A stretch of DNA of 64,000 bases from Dehalococcoidia bacterium (GTDB taxonomy: Bacteria > Chloroflexota > Dehalococcoidia > Lucifugimonadales > UBA1123). Below, piece after piece: positions 7,549 to 17,231 of the stretch (positions are counted from its first letter, which is position 1; every line of letters starts with the position of its first letter). The stretch lies in the NCBI GenBank assembly GCA_965208795.1, contig CBDBPQ010000002.1:1014770-1078769 (forward strand), in the 5' to 3' direction. The notes under the pieces are model-generated. The model worked only from the letters and a program-made list of their open reading frames with translations, searched no databases and was not told the DNA's origin. The position numbers were made by a program, and so were the translations under genes.

Positions 7549-8815
7549 ATGATGATATATAAAGTCACAACCGTCAGGAGCGCAAAAGCCATCGCGGTGT
7601 CCGCCATTGCGGCCATGGTTATGGTCTTTGCGGCGGCGTGCCAAGATTCGCCCGCCGCCCCGACTCAGGGCGAATCCGAAACGGCGCCGCAGGCGATGGC
7701 GGCCATGGGGGATGAGAGGAATACGGGCTTAGACGACGACCGGATTTTGTTCGGGCAGTCCGCAGCGTTCAGCGGCCCGGCGCAGGCGCTGGGCCAAGGG
7801 ATGCGGTTGGGAATCCAGGCGGCGTTCCACGAACAGAACCAGGCGGGCGGGGTGCATGGCCGGATGCTGGAGCTGACAACTCTGGACGACCAATATGAGC
7901 CGCACCTGGCTTACGGCAACACACTGAATCTGATTAATAGAGAACGCGTCTTCGCGCTGATTGGAGAGGTGGGAACACCCACCTCCCGCTCGGCGTCGCC
8001 ATTGGCCAACGCGGAAGACGTGCCATTCATCGCGCCCTTTACCGGCGCCGGCTTCCTCCGGGAGGCTGAACTTGAGAACGTGGTGAACCTGCGGGCTTCG
8101 TACCATCAGGAGGCGGAGGAGATGGTGGCGCGGCTGACTGAAGACTTGGGGATAACCCGCGTCGCCGTGATGTACCAGAACGACTCCTACGGCCAGTCCG
8201 GGCTGGACGGGGTGGTTGACGCGCTGGGGAAGCGCAACCTGGAGCCGGTAGCGTCGTGGTACTACCAGCGCAACAGCGACGCGGTAAAGGCCGCCGTCTT
8301 CAACATCGTGGAAGCCAATCCCGAAGCGGTCATCATGATTGGAGCGTACGCTTCGGTCGCCAAGGCGATTAACCGTAGCTCGCGAGGACATAGACCCCAT
8401 ATTCATGGCGGTATCCTTTGTGGGCAGCAACGCATTGGCGCAAGAGTTGGGGCCGGACGGCGCCGGCGTTTACGTCACCCAGGTAGTGCCGCTACCTGAT
8501 GACACCGGCGTTCCCGCAGTCGCCGCCTATCGCGCCGCGCTCAAGGCGTTCGACGCCGATGCCGCGCCGGGGTTCGTCTCTTTGGAGGGCTATCTGGCAG
8601 GGCGACTGGCGATCGTGGGTCTCGAAGAGTGTGGCAGGGACGTCAGCCGCGACTGCTTCCTCGACGCGCTGCGAAACTCCGGGACGATCGACCTCAATGG
8701 GCTGACGCTCCAGTACGGCCCGGGCGACAACCAGGGATCGGACGCGGTGTTTGTGACCGTTATCGGAGATGACGGGAATTACCACATAGTCAGTAATCTG
8801 GGAGGCGCTCAGTGA
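7549..8815 (+). pseudogene. Branched-chain-amino-acid-type (LivK/Peripla_BP_6-like) ABC substrate-binding lipoprotein, frameshifted
   Basis: ATG 7549 has GGAG upstream. Signal/lipobox is ...VMVFAAAC. The reading frame is lost near 8368-8380 (...GAYASVAKAIN). The protein continues in another frame (ORF 8339..8815: AREDIDPIFMAVSFVGSNALAQELG...). Confidence 0.7.
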
Positions 8816-10968
8816 TGGCACAACCTCGCATAACAGCGCCTCTGCTCATCGGCGCGCTGGGCGCGCTTGCAATAATCATCGCCTCCGCAGTGGCCGGCTG
8901 GCTAATCATCGGCAACCTGGAGGCTGAGAACCGCACCGGCGGAGACGCCGAGATTCTGGCCGACATCGCGGCGGTAAACAAGCTATCGGGCACAGTGGCG
9001 TCAGCGGCATCGGTGGCGACCAACTCCCGTATGACCCCCGAAAGCATAGCCGAGGCGAACGCCGCCACCGCCAGCAATCAGACACATCTGTCCGAACGTC
9101 TATCTGGCCTGGAAGGGCGGGGTTATAACGACAGGGTGGAGCGAATACGTCAACAGGTCGATTTACTCGCCGCCAACGTGTCGCTGATCGAGAATGAACG
9201 GCCCGCTCTGTTGGAGGCCATCCTTGCCGGAGAACGCAGCTGGGGACAGCTCCTCTTTTCCACCAACCAGAAACTTCTTCCCGCCATCAGTTCCAGCTTG
9301 GACGACCAGTTCTACTACGTGATGACGGGCAGGAGCGATTTCCGAGATGCCGAGCCGGCGGCCTCCGGCGCTCTGTCCGAAGAAGAGTTTCTGCGCTACT
9401 GGCACCTAGCCACACTGAATGAGTGGACGTTCAGCGCGCACCGGAGCCTGCTGGCGGCAAATCTCAGCAGCCAAGATGACCCAACGCGATTAGCCAACAA
9501 TGAGGAGAGTTTCGATACCGCGGCGCAGCGGATGGCCCGAAGCATCGCATACCTTGCGGGAAATGGCGGTCCCGACCTGGACCCCGAGGTGATCCCGCTT
9601 GCCAATCGGCTGTTGTCCGCCGGTGCCGGTGAGGACAGCGCCCTGAACGCCATGAGGCTAAGGGGAGCGATGGTGGATCGGGAGCGCCGGCTGATTCAGG
9701 CCAACAGGCCAATTTTGGCCGCGCTGCAAGGGGAGGTGGACGGCCTGGTTGCAGAGGTCAAGCAGAGTTCGGCGGCTGCGGCGGGTCGGTACGATCAGGC
9801 GTCGTCCAATGGACGTATCATCATCTTGGCGATAGGCATCATTGGGATCGTTGGGACGCTGCTGGTCGCCGGTTACTCCGGATTCAAGTCGCAGTGGCGC
9901 ATATCCGCGTCTCTGGCCGTCAGCTCCCTGGGCGCGCTGGCAATCATCATCGCCTCAGCGGTGGCCGGCTGGCTGGTCATTGGCAATCTGGATGCTGAGA
10001 GCCTGGACGGCGGCGACGTTGAGGTTCTGGCCGCCGCGGCGGAGGTAACTCGACGCTCGAACTCGCTGGCGTCAACTGCATCCGTGGCCAGCAACGCCCG
10101 GATGACTTCCGAAAGCATAGCCGAGGCCAGAGCAGCCATTGCCAGCAGCGAGGCGGAGCTGACCAACCGGTTGACGGACCTGGAAGGCAGGGGCTATGAC
10201 GGCGGCGCGGAGCGCATAGGTCAGCGGGTCAACCTGTTGACGGCCAACGTGTCGAGGATCGAGGATGGCCGGCCCGCTCTGCTGGAGGCCATTCTGGTAG
10301 GGGAGCGGAACTGGCAGGATCTCAGCCTCTCCACGAATTATGAGCTTTTACCCGCCATCGGTTCGAGCCTGGACAACCAGTTCTACTACATGATGACGGG
10401 CAGAAGCGAGTTCAGAGGTGGAAATCCTTCGGGATCCGACCATTTGTCCGAAGAGGAGTACCTTCGTTACTGGCATATGGCCACGCTGATGGAGTCGGTG
10501 TCAAGGGGCTACCAGACGCTCGATTTCGCCAACAGGTTGACGATTCCCGCGCTAACGGCGCGGGTCGAAGAGACTTTCGATACGGCGGCCCAGCGGATGG
10601 ACCGAAGCATCGAGTATCTTGCGGAGAACGGTGGTCCGGACCTGAATCCTGAGGTGATTCCCCTTGCCAACCGGTTGTTGGACGCCGGCGTTGGAGACAA
10701 CAGCGCCCTGGACGCGATGAAGTTGCGAACGGCAATGGTGGCGCGAGAGCGCAGACTGATTGGCGCCAACAGGCAAATTCTGAGCGGACTGCAAGGGGAA
10801 GTGGACGGCCTGGTTGAAGAAGTCAGCCAGAGCTTGGAGGCCGTATCGGCCCGCCATGGGCAGGCGGCGTCCAACGGACGCATCATCATCCTGGCGATAG
10901 CCGTCATCGGAATCGTTGGGACGCTTCTAATCGCCGGCTACAATGGCGTCAGGGGTTCGCCGAGATGA
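8815..10968 (+). CDS. 4-TM membrane protein made of two tandem TM-periplasmic helical sensor-TM modules, with no output domain
   Basis: ATG overlaps the SBP stop (TGATG), with GGAGG 9 nt upstream. LGALAIIIASAVAGWL occurs twice exactly 1071 nt apart (8857 and 9928). Both halves end in NGRIIILAI..IGIVGTLL.AGY. Confidence 0.8.
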   Translation: MAQPRITAPLLIGALGALAIIIASAVAGWLIIGNLEAENRTGGDAEILADIAAVNKLSGTVASAASVATNSRMTPESIAEANAATASNQTHLSERLSGLEGRGYNDRVERIRQQVDLLAANVSLIENERPALLEAILAGERSWGQLLFSTNQKLLPAISSSLDDQFYYVMTGRSDFRDAEPAASGALSEEEFLRYWHLATLNEWTFSAHRSLLAANLSSQDDPTRLANNEESFDTAAQRMARSIAYLAGNGGPDLDPEVIPLANRLLSAGAGEDSALNAMRLRGAMVDRERRLIQANRPILAALQGEVDGLVAEVKQSSAAAAGRYDQASSNGRIIILAIGIIGIVGTLLVAGYSGFKSQWRISASLAVSSLGALAIIIASAVAGWLVIGNLDAESLDGGDVEVLAAAAEVTRRSNSLASTASVASNARMTSESIAEARAAIASSEAELTNRLTDLEGRGYDGGAERIGQRVNLLTANVSRIEDGRPALLEAILVGERNWQDLSLSTNYELLPAIGSSLDNQFYYMMTGRSEFRGGNPSGSDHLSEEEYLRYWHMATLMESVSRGYQTLDFANRLTIPALTARVEETFDTAAQRMDRSIEYLAENGGPDLNPEVIPLANRLLDAGVGDNSALDAMKLRTAMVARERRLIGANRQILSGLQGEVDGLVEEVSQSLEAVSARHGQAASNGRIIILAIAVIGIVGTLLIAGYNGVRGSPR

Positions 10969-10974
10969 TGCGCG

Positions 10975-12429
10975 TCAGACGCGGGCGCGGGCCCTGGAGC
11001 CTGCGACGACTATGAGGATGCCTAGCGTCAGAAGCGCCGCCATGAGCAGGTAGGAATAACGCAGTCCCGCTACGAACGCTTCCAGCAGCCCCGCGTCTCC
11101 GGACTCGGACACGGCGGCCAAGCTTGGAGGATAGCCCATCGATCCCATCGTCAGTGTGACGATGGTAGCCGCCAGGGTTACGCTGATCACGTTCGCGGAG
11201 TTCCGCACTAGTTGCAGGAAGCCGGATACCACGCCATGCCTGTCGGAACCGACGGAGTTCAGCGCCGCGCCGTTGTTGGGCGGGATGAACGCGCCGATTC
11301 CCACACTCTGCAACACCATACCCACCACCGCGACTTCGACGCGCGAATCCGTGCCGAGAGTCGCCATAGTCACCATGCCCAACGTGGTTACTCCCAACCC
11401 ACCGGCAGTGAACAGCCTACGCCCGAACCGCTCCGACAGCCATCCCGACACCGGCCCCATGACAGCCATGGAAACGGAGCTGAGCGCGGTTATCATCCCC
11501 ACCTCTTCGGGTGAGTGGCGCAGGACGACCTGTATGTAGAACGGCATGAGGAACCACGCGGAAGACGAGCCGATGAAGTGGATGAACGCCGACGCGACGG
11601 CGACGGAGAACGTTCGGATCCGGAACAGCCGCAGGTCTAGCATTGGAGACTGGGCGCGGAGTTCCCATACCACGAAGGCGAACCCGAACGCGAGAGAACC
11701 TCCGAACGCCAGCAGGATGTACGGACTGCCGTAACCCGCCTCCGGCGCCCACGTCATTGCCTGCAGGAACATGATCAACGCCCCGGCCGACAACGCCGCT
11801 CCGACCTTGTCGAACCGCGCGGCAGCGGCAGCGCCTCGTCCGGCGTCCACACGCTCCGAGTCCACCAGAGCCACTGTCAGCGACAGCGAAGCCGCCGACA
11901 TCAGCGCGACCCCGAAGAATACCCATATCCACCCGAGCGCGCCGACCACCACGCCCCCAACCGCTGGACCGAACACGCTTCCAGCGCCTACCACACCCAT
12001 ATACACGCCCAGCGCCCTGCCGCGTTGAGATTGAGGGAAGCTGCTGACGACCATCGCCATCGAAGTGCCTTGCGTCATCCCAGCGCCAATGCCGTGAACG
12101 ACGTTCGCACCGATCAGAAGCGGCATGGAAGGGGCGACGCCCGCCGCCACGCAGCTAATCGCCACAACCGTTGTCCCAGCCAGGTACACCCTCTTGCGCC
12201 CCACCAGGTCGGCCAGCCGTCCCATGGGCAGCAGAGTAACGCTGATTGCCAAGGCGAACCCAACGAGAACCCATTGCGTCGTCGGGAGATCGCTCCCGAA
12301 ACGCTCCGCTATCGAAGGCAGCGCGACGATGACGGCGCCCTGATCCGCTACCAACGTGAACAGACCGAACATGATGGCGGAGAACCCTAAGTATGGGCCG
12401 TGAGAAGCGCGGGCGCGTATCTTGGTCAT
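10975..12429 (-). CDS. MFS transporter, 14-TMS DHA2/EmrB-like
   Basis: Multi-TM protein with an MFS motif GRLADLVGRKRVYL after TM2. The 484-aa length is typical for DHA2. Confidence 0.85.
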   Translation of the reverse strand: MTKIRARASHGPYLGFSAIMFGLFTLVADQGAVIVALPSIAERFGSDLPTTQWVLVGFALAISVTLLPMGRLADLVGRKRVYLAGTTVVAISCVAAGVAPSMPLLIGANVVHGIGAGMTQGTSMAMVVSSFPQSQRGRALGVYMGVVGAGSVFGPAVGGVVVGALGWIWVFFGVALMSAASLSLTVALVDSERVDAGRGAAAAARFDKVGAALSAGALIMFLQAMTWAPEAGYGSPYILLAFGGSLAFGFAFVVWELRAQSPMLDLRLFRIRTFSVAVASAFIHFIGSSSAWFLMPFYIQVVLRHSPEEVGMITALSSVSMAVMGPVSGWLSERFGRRLFTAGGLGVTTLGMVTMATLGTDSRVEVAVVGMVLQSVGIGAFIPPNNGAALNSVGSDRHGVVSGFLQLVRNSANVISVTLAATIVTLTMGSMGYPPSLAAVSESGDAGLLEAFVAGLRYSYLLMAALLTLGILIVVAGSRARARV

Positions 12430-12458
12430 AGCATCACAGAATACTATACAATCGGCGC

Positions 12459-12827
12459 ATGGGCAGCCATCAGCACAGCGATGAATATAGCGGCGAATCT
12501 GGGCCTGTCTATGAACGCATCCTGGACGTGGTGCGCCAGATTCCGCGCGGCAAGGTGGCGACGTATGGGCAGGTCGCGCTGATCGTTGGCGACTGCACGC
12601 CGAGAATGGTAGGCTACTGCCTCGCGTCGTTGGCGTTCGACTCGGACGTGCCCTGGCAACGCGTCATCAACTACAAGGGTATGGTCAGCCCGCGAAGCAG
12701 TGGGCACGGCAGCCAACTCCAGCGCGAACTGCTAGTGGCGGAAGGCGTGGCGTTCGACGCCAAGGGGCAAGTGAGCTTCCGGCGATATGGGTGGATGGAT
12801 GAGGAGGAGTTGGGAGATAAGAGATAG
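12459..12827 (+). CDS. Alkyltransferase-like (ATL) MGMT-family DNA-binding protein lacking the acceptor cysteine
   Basis: IPRGKVATYGQVA helix-turn-helix and VPWQRVIN in place of the PCHRV active site. Confidence 0.8.
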   Translation: MGSHQHSDEYSGESGPVYERILDVVRQIPRGKVATYGQVALIVGDCTPRMVGYCLASLAFDSDVPWQRVINYKGMVSPRSSGHGSQLQRELLVAEGVAFDAKGQVSFRRYGWMDEEELGDKR

Positions 12828-12898
12828 GGGCGTTGCAAGGGGTTAGGGCGGGGGTTTTCACCCCCATCCTAACCTTCCCCCATCAAGGGAGAAGGGAC
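12827..12898. repeat. Intergenic repeat family 2 (CCCCATCCTAACCTTCCCCCATC-GGG-AAGGGA hairpin element)
   Basis: Shares ...cacccccatcctaaccttcccccatc.aggg.gaaggga with 17175..17225 and 26441..26493. Lies between convergent genes. Confidence 0.8.
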
Positions 12899-12927
12899 TT
12901 GGCATACTCGTTTTCAGCGACTAACGC

Positions 12928-13623
12928 CTAGCTCGGATCGCGCCGCGCGAGTTCCGTAAACAGGCGCTCCGTCCGTCCTGTCGCCAGCATCGCGCCGACG
13001 ACAAGCAGCCAGAGGACGAAGGCGGGCCCGGTAATCCGATGCGCGATGGTGGCGGCGTCTATGAAGATAAGCTGCATGGCGATGCCCAGTATCGCCGACA
13101 CGGGAGCGACGTACCTGAGCGCGCCGCCGACCTTCCACTGATAGCGGGCGGCGCCGATTAGCGCCCAACCCGCGGCGGCGAATCCGACCTTGCCCATCGC
13201 CGCGCGCAGCATCTCGACGGTTTCCTGGAACGATGTCGTCGCGCCCTCGGCGACCAGGATGCCGCCGCTTCCGCCGCCGGACACGGACACGACGAGCGCA
13301 ATCGCGCATGCGCCGGATATGGCCGTGAGCGCGCCGGACCCGATGAATAAGGCGGGGACGACGGATGTAGCGAACCTCTCCCGGATGATCCACGTCCGCA
13401 TCAGCAGCGCCGCCGCCACGGCCAGCGTTACGCCGGATATGAGTCTGCCCGCGCCGCCGACGCCGTACTCAAGGCCGTTGACCCGGATGTACGCGAGCGA
13501 TTGCGCCAGCGTCTCCTGGTCGGCGTCCGCAGCCACGCGTCCCACCACAGCCACTACGGTTGCGATTGCGGTCGCTATCAGCAGCGCGCCGGCGGCGCGG
13601 GCGGCCGAGTCGGTTTCTCGCAT
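12928..13623 (-). CDS. Integral membrane protein, unknown function
   Basis: 231-aa ORF with several hydrophobic helices. AGGAGAG lies upstream of the ATG. Confidence 0.6.
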   Translation of the reverse strand: MRETDSAARAAGALLIATAIATVVAVVGRVAADADQETLAQSLAYIRVNGLEYGVGGAGRLISGVTLAVAAALLMRTWIIRERFATSVVPALFIGSGALTAISGACAIALVVSVSGGGSGGILVAEGATTSFQETVEMLRAAMGKVGFAAAGWALIGAARYQWKVGGALRYVAPVSAILGIAMQLIFIDAATIAHRITGPAFVLWLLVVGAMLATGRTERLFTELARRDPS

Positions 13624-13681
13624 GGAGGCTCTCCTATGTTGGCGTTCGTTTTGGCGCAGCCCAAACGCGCCATCGGTGGCA

Positions 13682-14239
13682 TTATTCGTCGGCCTGGTCG
13701 CGCCGTCGTTCGTTGCGGCGCAGGTCTTCGCGAGTCATTGGAAGTTCGTGTATGTTGTCCGCATGGCGCGTCCGGTGGTCGCCTGTGTTCAGTATCTCGG
13801 TCAGCGCATCCTCGAACACGGTGGGAATAGCCGCAGGTTCCGGCTGCGGGTCCTTAGCGTCGGGAGCGTCATCCGAGATGTTCAAGTATATGGGAAGCTG
13901 AGTGTGGAGCGCGAACGCCACCAGTTCGATCACGTCCGACTCGATCCAGCTAACGTCGTCGCCGTGGGACAGCGACACCCTGCCGCTGACGCCTCTGGAC
14001 TTGTTGAGTTCGACGACTACGGAGCCGAGCGCGCCGCCGAGTTTCAGGATGCACTCCGACATGATGCCGTAGAGTGAGCAACGGTCGTTCAACCCGTGCC
14101 CTTCCAGCGCGAGGATCCAGGCCCTGTGGTCCGGCACGGTTATCTTGTACTGCTCCTTGCTTTCAACGGATTCCAGCATCAGGGTAGTCTTCTGCGTAGT
14201 CTGGTCTTTGAACAGGCGGGATACGGATGCGCGCTCCAT
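13682..14239 (-). CDS. Bifunctional-nuclease (BFN/DUF151)-like domain protein, divergent
   Basis: ATG 14239 has AGGAA upstream. ...YKITVPDHRAWILALEGHGLNDRCSLYGIMSECILKLGG...VVVEL...IESDVIELVAFALHTQLPIYL parallels the DUF151 layout, but several canonical residues are replaced. Confidence 0.45.
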   Translation of the reverse strand: MERASVSRLFKDQTTQKTTLMLESVESKEQYKITVPDHRAWILALEGHGLNDRCSLYGIMSECILKLGGALGSVVVELNKSRGVSGRVSLSHGDDVSWIESDVIELVAFALHTQLPIYLNISDDAPDAKDPQPEPAAIPTVFEDALTEILNTGDHRTRHADNIHELPMTREDLRRNERRRDQADE

Positions 14240-14506
14240 GGCAATTCCTGATTCACCGGCGAATGTGGCCGGGCTATGTGGAGAGTTAGTCAAGTAGATA
14301 GGATGGACGTTGCTTTAGAGTTAATGCTAACACAATATATCACTTAGTATAGCCATAGTCAAGAAATGAATATAGACGTATCAAAGCGATTAGGCGACAC
14401 ATAGTGAAGAGGGCGCGGAGTTTCAGCGCTCCGCCGCGCCCCAACCGTCTTCCACCCTGCTACAATACGCTTAGCTAAATGATGGCAGACGATAGGGAGG
14501 CTGACG

Positions 14507-15709
14507 ATGAAGTGGGCGACTGCGGTATCCGAGCACAGGCTTCTGAAGTACGCGGTGGCGGAGTGCGCGAGCGAGGTAAAGGCGGCGCTGGGCGAGCGGA
14601 CGCCCGACATAGCGGTGGCGTTCGTCTCCGCGCATCATTCGGCCGGCTACGACGATCTGCCCGCGCTGGTCCGGGACATGATAGGCGACTGCGTTCTAGT
14701 GGGCTGCTCCGGCGGCGGGGTGATCGGCGCGGGGCGGGAAGTGGAGAACCGGCCCGGCTTTTCGATCGCCGTGGCGGAGATGCCGGGTGTGGAAGTCATC
14801 CCGTTCCACATCGACAACACCGACCTGCCCGACGGGGACGCGCCGCCGCAGATGTGGGAGGAGCTTGTGAACGTGAGCGCGGCGGATGACCCGCACTTCC
14901 TGCTTCTGTCCGACCCGTTCAGCGTGCAGGGCGAGAATCTGCTAATGGGGCTGGACTTCGCCTTTCCGCGCAGCGTGAAGATCGGCGGGCTTGCATCAGG
15001 CGGCCAGCGACCTGGAGCGAACGCGCTCTACCTGGACGGTCGCGCATACGACTCCGGCGCAGTCGGAATCGCGCTGCGCGGCAACATCGCGGTGGACACC
15101 ATAGTCGCGCAGGGATGCCGACCCATCGGACATCGGATGCAGATAACCGAGTCCGACCGCAATCTGCTCATGGGCCTGGACGGGCGCGGCACGTTGGAGA
15201 CGCTTCGGGAGTTGTTCGGCGAGCTAAGCGAACGTGACCAGCGGCTCGCGCAGCAGTCGCTGTTTCTGGGTGTCGTCATGGACGAGTTCAACGACGACCC
15301 TCAGCTTGGCGACTTTCTGATACGAAACATCATAGGCATAGACGCGCGGCGGGGCGCGCTTGCGATTGGCGAGTACCTGAAGGAAGGGCAGATAGTCCAG
15401 TTCCACCTGCGCGACGCCGAGACGTCCTCGCAGGATTTGGACGATATGCTGGGACAGTACATGGCGAACGGCGTTCGGTCGGACGGCGCGGGAGCGCTGC
15501 TGTTCCAGTGTCTCGGGCGCGGCGAGTACCTCTATGGTCGCGCGGACCACGACACCGACATGTTCCGGGACAAGGTGGGCGCGATTCCGCTGGCGGGGTT
15601 CTTCTGCAACGGCGAAATCGGCCAGGTATCCGGCCAGACCTACCTGCATGGCTACACCAGCAGCTTCGGCATATTCAGGCCGAGGGACGGGACGGACGCG
15701 AGCGGGTAG
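14507..15709 (+). CDS. FIST-N/FIST-C domain sensory protein
   Basis: AVAFVSAHHS, GCSGGGVIG, GGLASGG and LLFQCLGRGEYLYG...AGFFCNGEIG are FIST hallmarks. GGGAGG RBS. Confidence 0.85.
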   Translation: MKWATAVSEHRLLKYAVAECASEVKAALGERTPDIAVAFVSAHHSAGYDDLPALVRDMIGDCVLVGCSGGGVIGAGREVENRPGFSIAVAEMPGVEVIPFHIDNTDLPDGDAPPQMWEELVNVSAADDPHFLLLSDPFSVQGENLLMGLDFAFPRSVKIGGLASGGQRPGANALYLDGRAYDSGAVGIALRGNIAVDTIVAQGCRPIGHRMQITESDRNLLMGLDGRGTLETLRELFGELSERDQRLAQQSLFLGVVMDEFNDDPQLGDFLIRNIIGIDARRGALAIGEYLKEGQIVQFHLRDAETSSQDLDDMLGQYMANGVRSDGAGALLFQCLGRGEYLYGRADHDTDMFRDKVGAIPLAGFFCNGEIGQVSGQTYLHGYTSSFGIFRPRDGTDASG

Positions 15710-15732
15710 GCGAGTCTGTATCCAGAAGTTCC

Positions 15733-16236
15733 CTAGTATGACGCGCCAGCCCGTTCCTGCAACTCTCTCGCCCGCAGGAAGTCGCGGTACGCGGCTTGGC
15801 TGTCTCCGAGCAGGTGGTGGACGGCGCTGCGGTGGCGGTAGGCGGGCCAGTAATCGGCGTCGAGCTCGATGGCGCGCGTGAAGTCGGCGAGGGCGGCTTC
15901 GAGGTCGCCGACTTCGGAATGGGCCAGGCCGCGGTTGTGGTAGGCGTCCCGGTAGTCGGCGTCAAGTTCTATGGCGCGTGTCGTGTCCGCCACCGCCTCG
16001 GCGAAGTCGCCGAGGCACAGGTTGGCTACGCCCAGGTTGTTGCGCGCCATGGCGTTGGACGGGTCGAGCGCGACCACACGCTCCATATCTGCCTTTGCCT
16101 CGGCGTACTCGCCTCTGTTCGAGCGCGCGTTGCCACGTCGGAACCAAGCGTCGGCGTCGAGAGGGTCTGCCTCTATCGCCGCAGTCGCATCCGCGATGAC
16201 CGCCTGCGGGTCGGGCCGGGATGCCGGATGCGTCAC
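15733..16236 (-). CDS. TPR repeat protein
   Basis: Four or more 34-aa repeats of the type A..DF..AIELDADY..AY.NRG. Confidence 0.8.
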   Translation of the reverse strand: MTHPASRPDPQAVIADATAAIEADPLDADAWFRRGNARSNRGEYAEAKADMERVVALDPSNAMARNNLGVANLCLGDFAEAVADTTRAIELDADYRDAYHNRGLAHSEVGDLEAALADFTRAIELDADYWPAYRHRSAVHHLLGDSQAAYRDFLRARELQERAGASY

Positions 16237-16240
16237 GACC

Positions 16241-17098
16241 TCAGACCACCCAAGCGGGTTCTTCCGAGTACTCGGACAGCGATTCGAGTACCTTGTCGCT
16301 CAGCGGGAAACTCTCGGAGTCGTCCGGGAAGCTTCCGTCCTGAACGTCGGAGATGTAGCTCTGTGTCGCTTCTACCATAGCCTGCCCAAGCTGGGCGTAG
16401 CGGCGCGCGTGCTTGGGGGTGAAGTCCTCGTACAGTCCCATCATGTCGTGGAACACCTGCACTTGGCCGTCGCAGCCCGCGCCCGCGCCTATGCCTATGG
16501 TCGGAACGCTCACGCGCTCGGTTATCATCCGCGCCAGCGGCTCGGGGACACACTCGATCACGATGGCATACGCTCCCGCCTGCTCCAGCGAGTGGGCGTC
16601 GTCCATGAGCCGCACCGCGTCCTTGACGCTCTTGCCCTGAACGCGGTATCCGCCCAACTGGTTGACCGCCTGCGGAGTCAGGCCGATGTGCCCCATGACC
16701 GGGATGCCGCTCTGTACGATGCGGCTCACCGTCTCCGCCTGCGAACGCCCGCCTTCGAGCTTGACAGACTGCGCGCCCGCCTCCTTGAGCAGACGGCCAG
16801 CGTTGCGGATGGCGTCTGAGACGTCAGCGTGGTAGCTAAGGAACGGAAGATCGCCGACCACATGGGCTCGGCGCGTTCCGCGCACGACGGTCTTGATGTG
16901 GTGAACCATGTCGTCCATGCTCACCGGCACGGTCGAATCGTAGCCCAGAACCACTTGTCCCAGGCTGTCGCCAACCAGAATCAGCGGAATCCCCGCCCGC
17001 TCCACCAGTTGGGCCGACGTATAGTCATACGCCGTGATCATTGGAATCTTCTCGCCCCGACGCTTCATACGCGCCAGGTCTCTAATCGTAACTCGCAT
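16241..17098 (-). CDS. panB: 3-methyl-2-oxobutanoate hydroxymethyltransferase
   Basis: KIPMITAYDYTSAQLVERAGIPLILVGDSLGQVVLGYDSTVPVSMDDMVHH... ATG 17098 is preceded by GGAGGAGG. Confidence 0.9.
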   Translation of the reverse strand: MRVTIRDLARMKRRGEKIPMITAYDYTSAQLVERAGIPLILVGDSLGQVVLGYDSTVPVSMDDMVHHIKTVVRGTRRAHVVGDLPFLSYHADVSDAIRNAGRLLKEAGAQSVKLEGGRSQAETVSRIVQSGIPVMGHIGLTPQAVNQLGGYRVQGKSVKDAVRLMDDAHSLEQAGAYAIVIECVPEPLARMITERVSVPTIGIGAGAGCDGQVQVFHDMMGLYEDFTPKHARRYAQLGQAMVEATQSYISDVQDGSFPDDSESFPLSDKVLESLSEYSEEPAWVV

Positions 17099-17174
17099 TG
17101 GTACCTCCTCCATCAGAGTGAAGTCCGTTGAAGAGCTTGTGTCAGAGTTAACCTAGATACGATTGCATCTAACT

Positions 17175-17225
17175 TGGGGTTCACCCCCATCCTAACCTTC
17201 CCCCATCGAAGGGGAAGGGATTTTA
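17175..17225. repeat. Intergenic repeat family 2 copy
   Basis: ggggttcacccccatcctaaccttcccccatcgaaggggaagggatttt. Perfect CCTTCCCC/GGGGAAGG hairpin. Confidence 0.8.
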
Positions 17226-17231
17226 TCTTCC

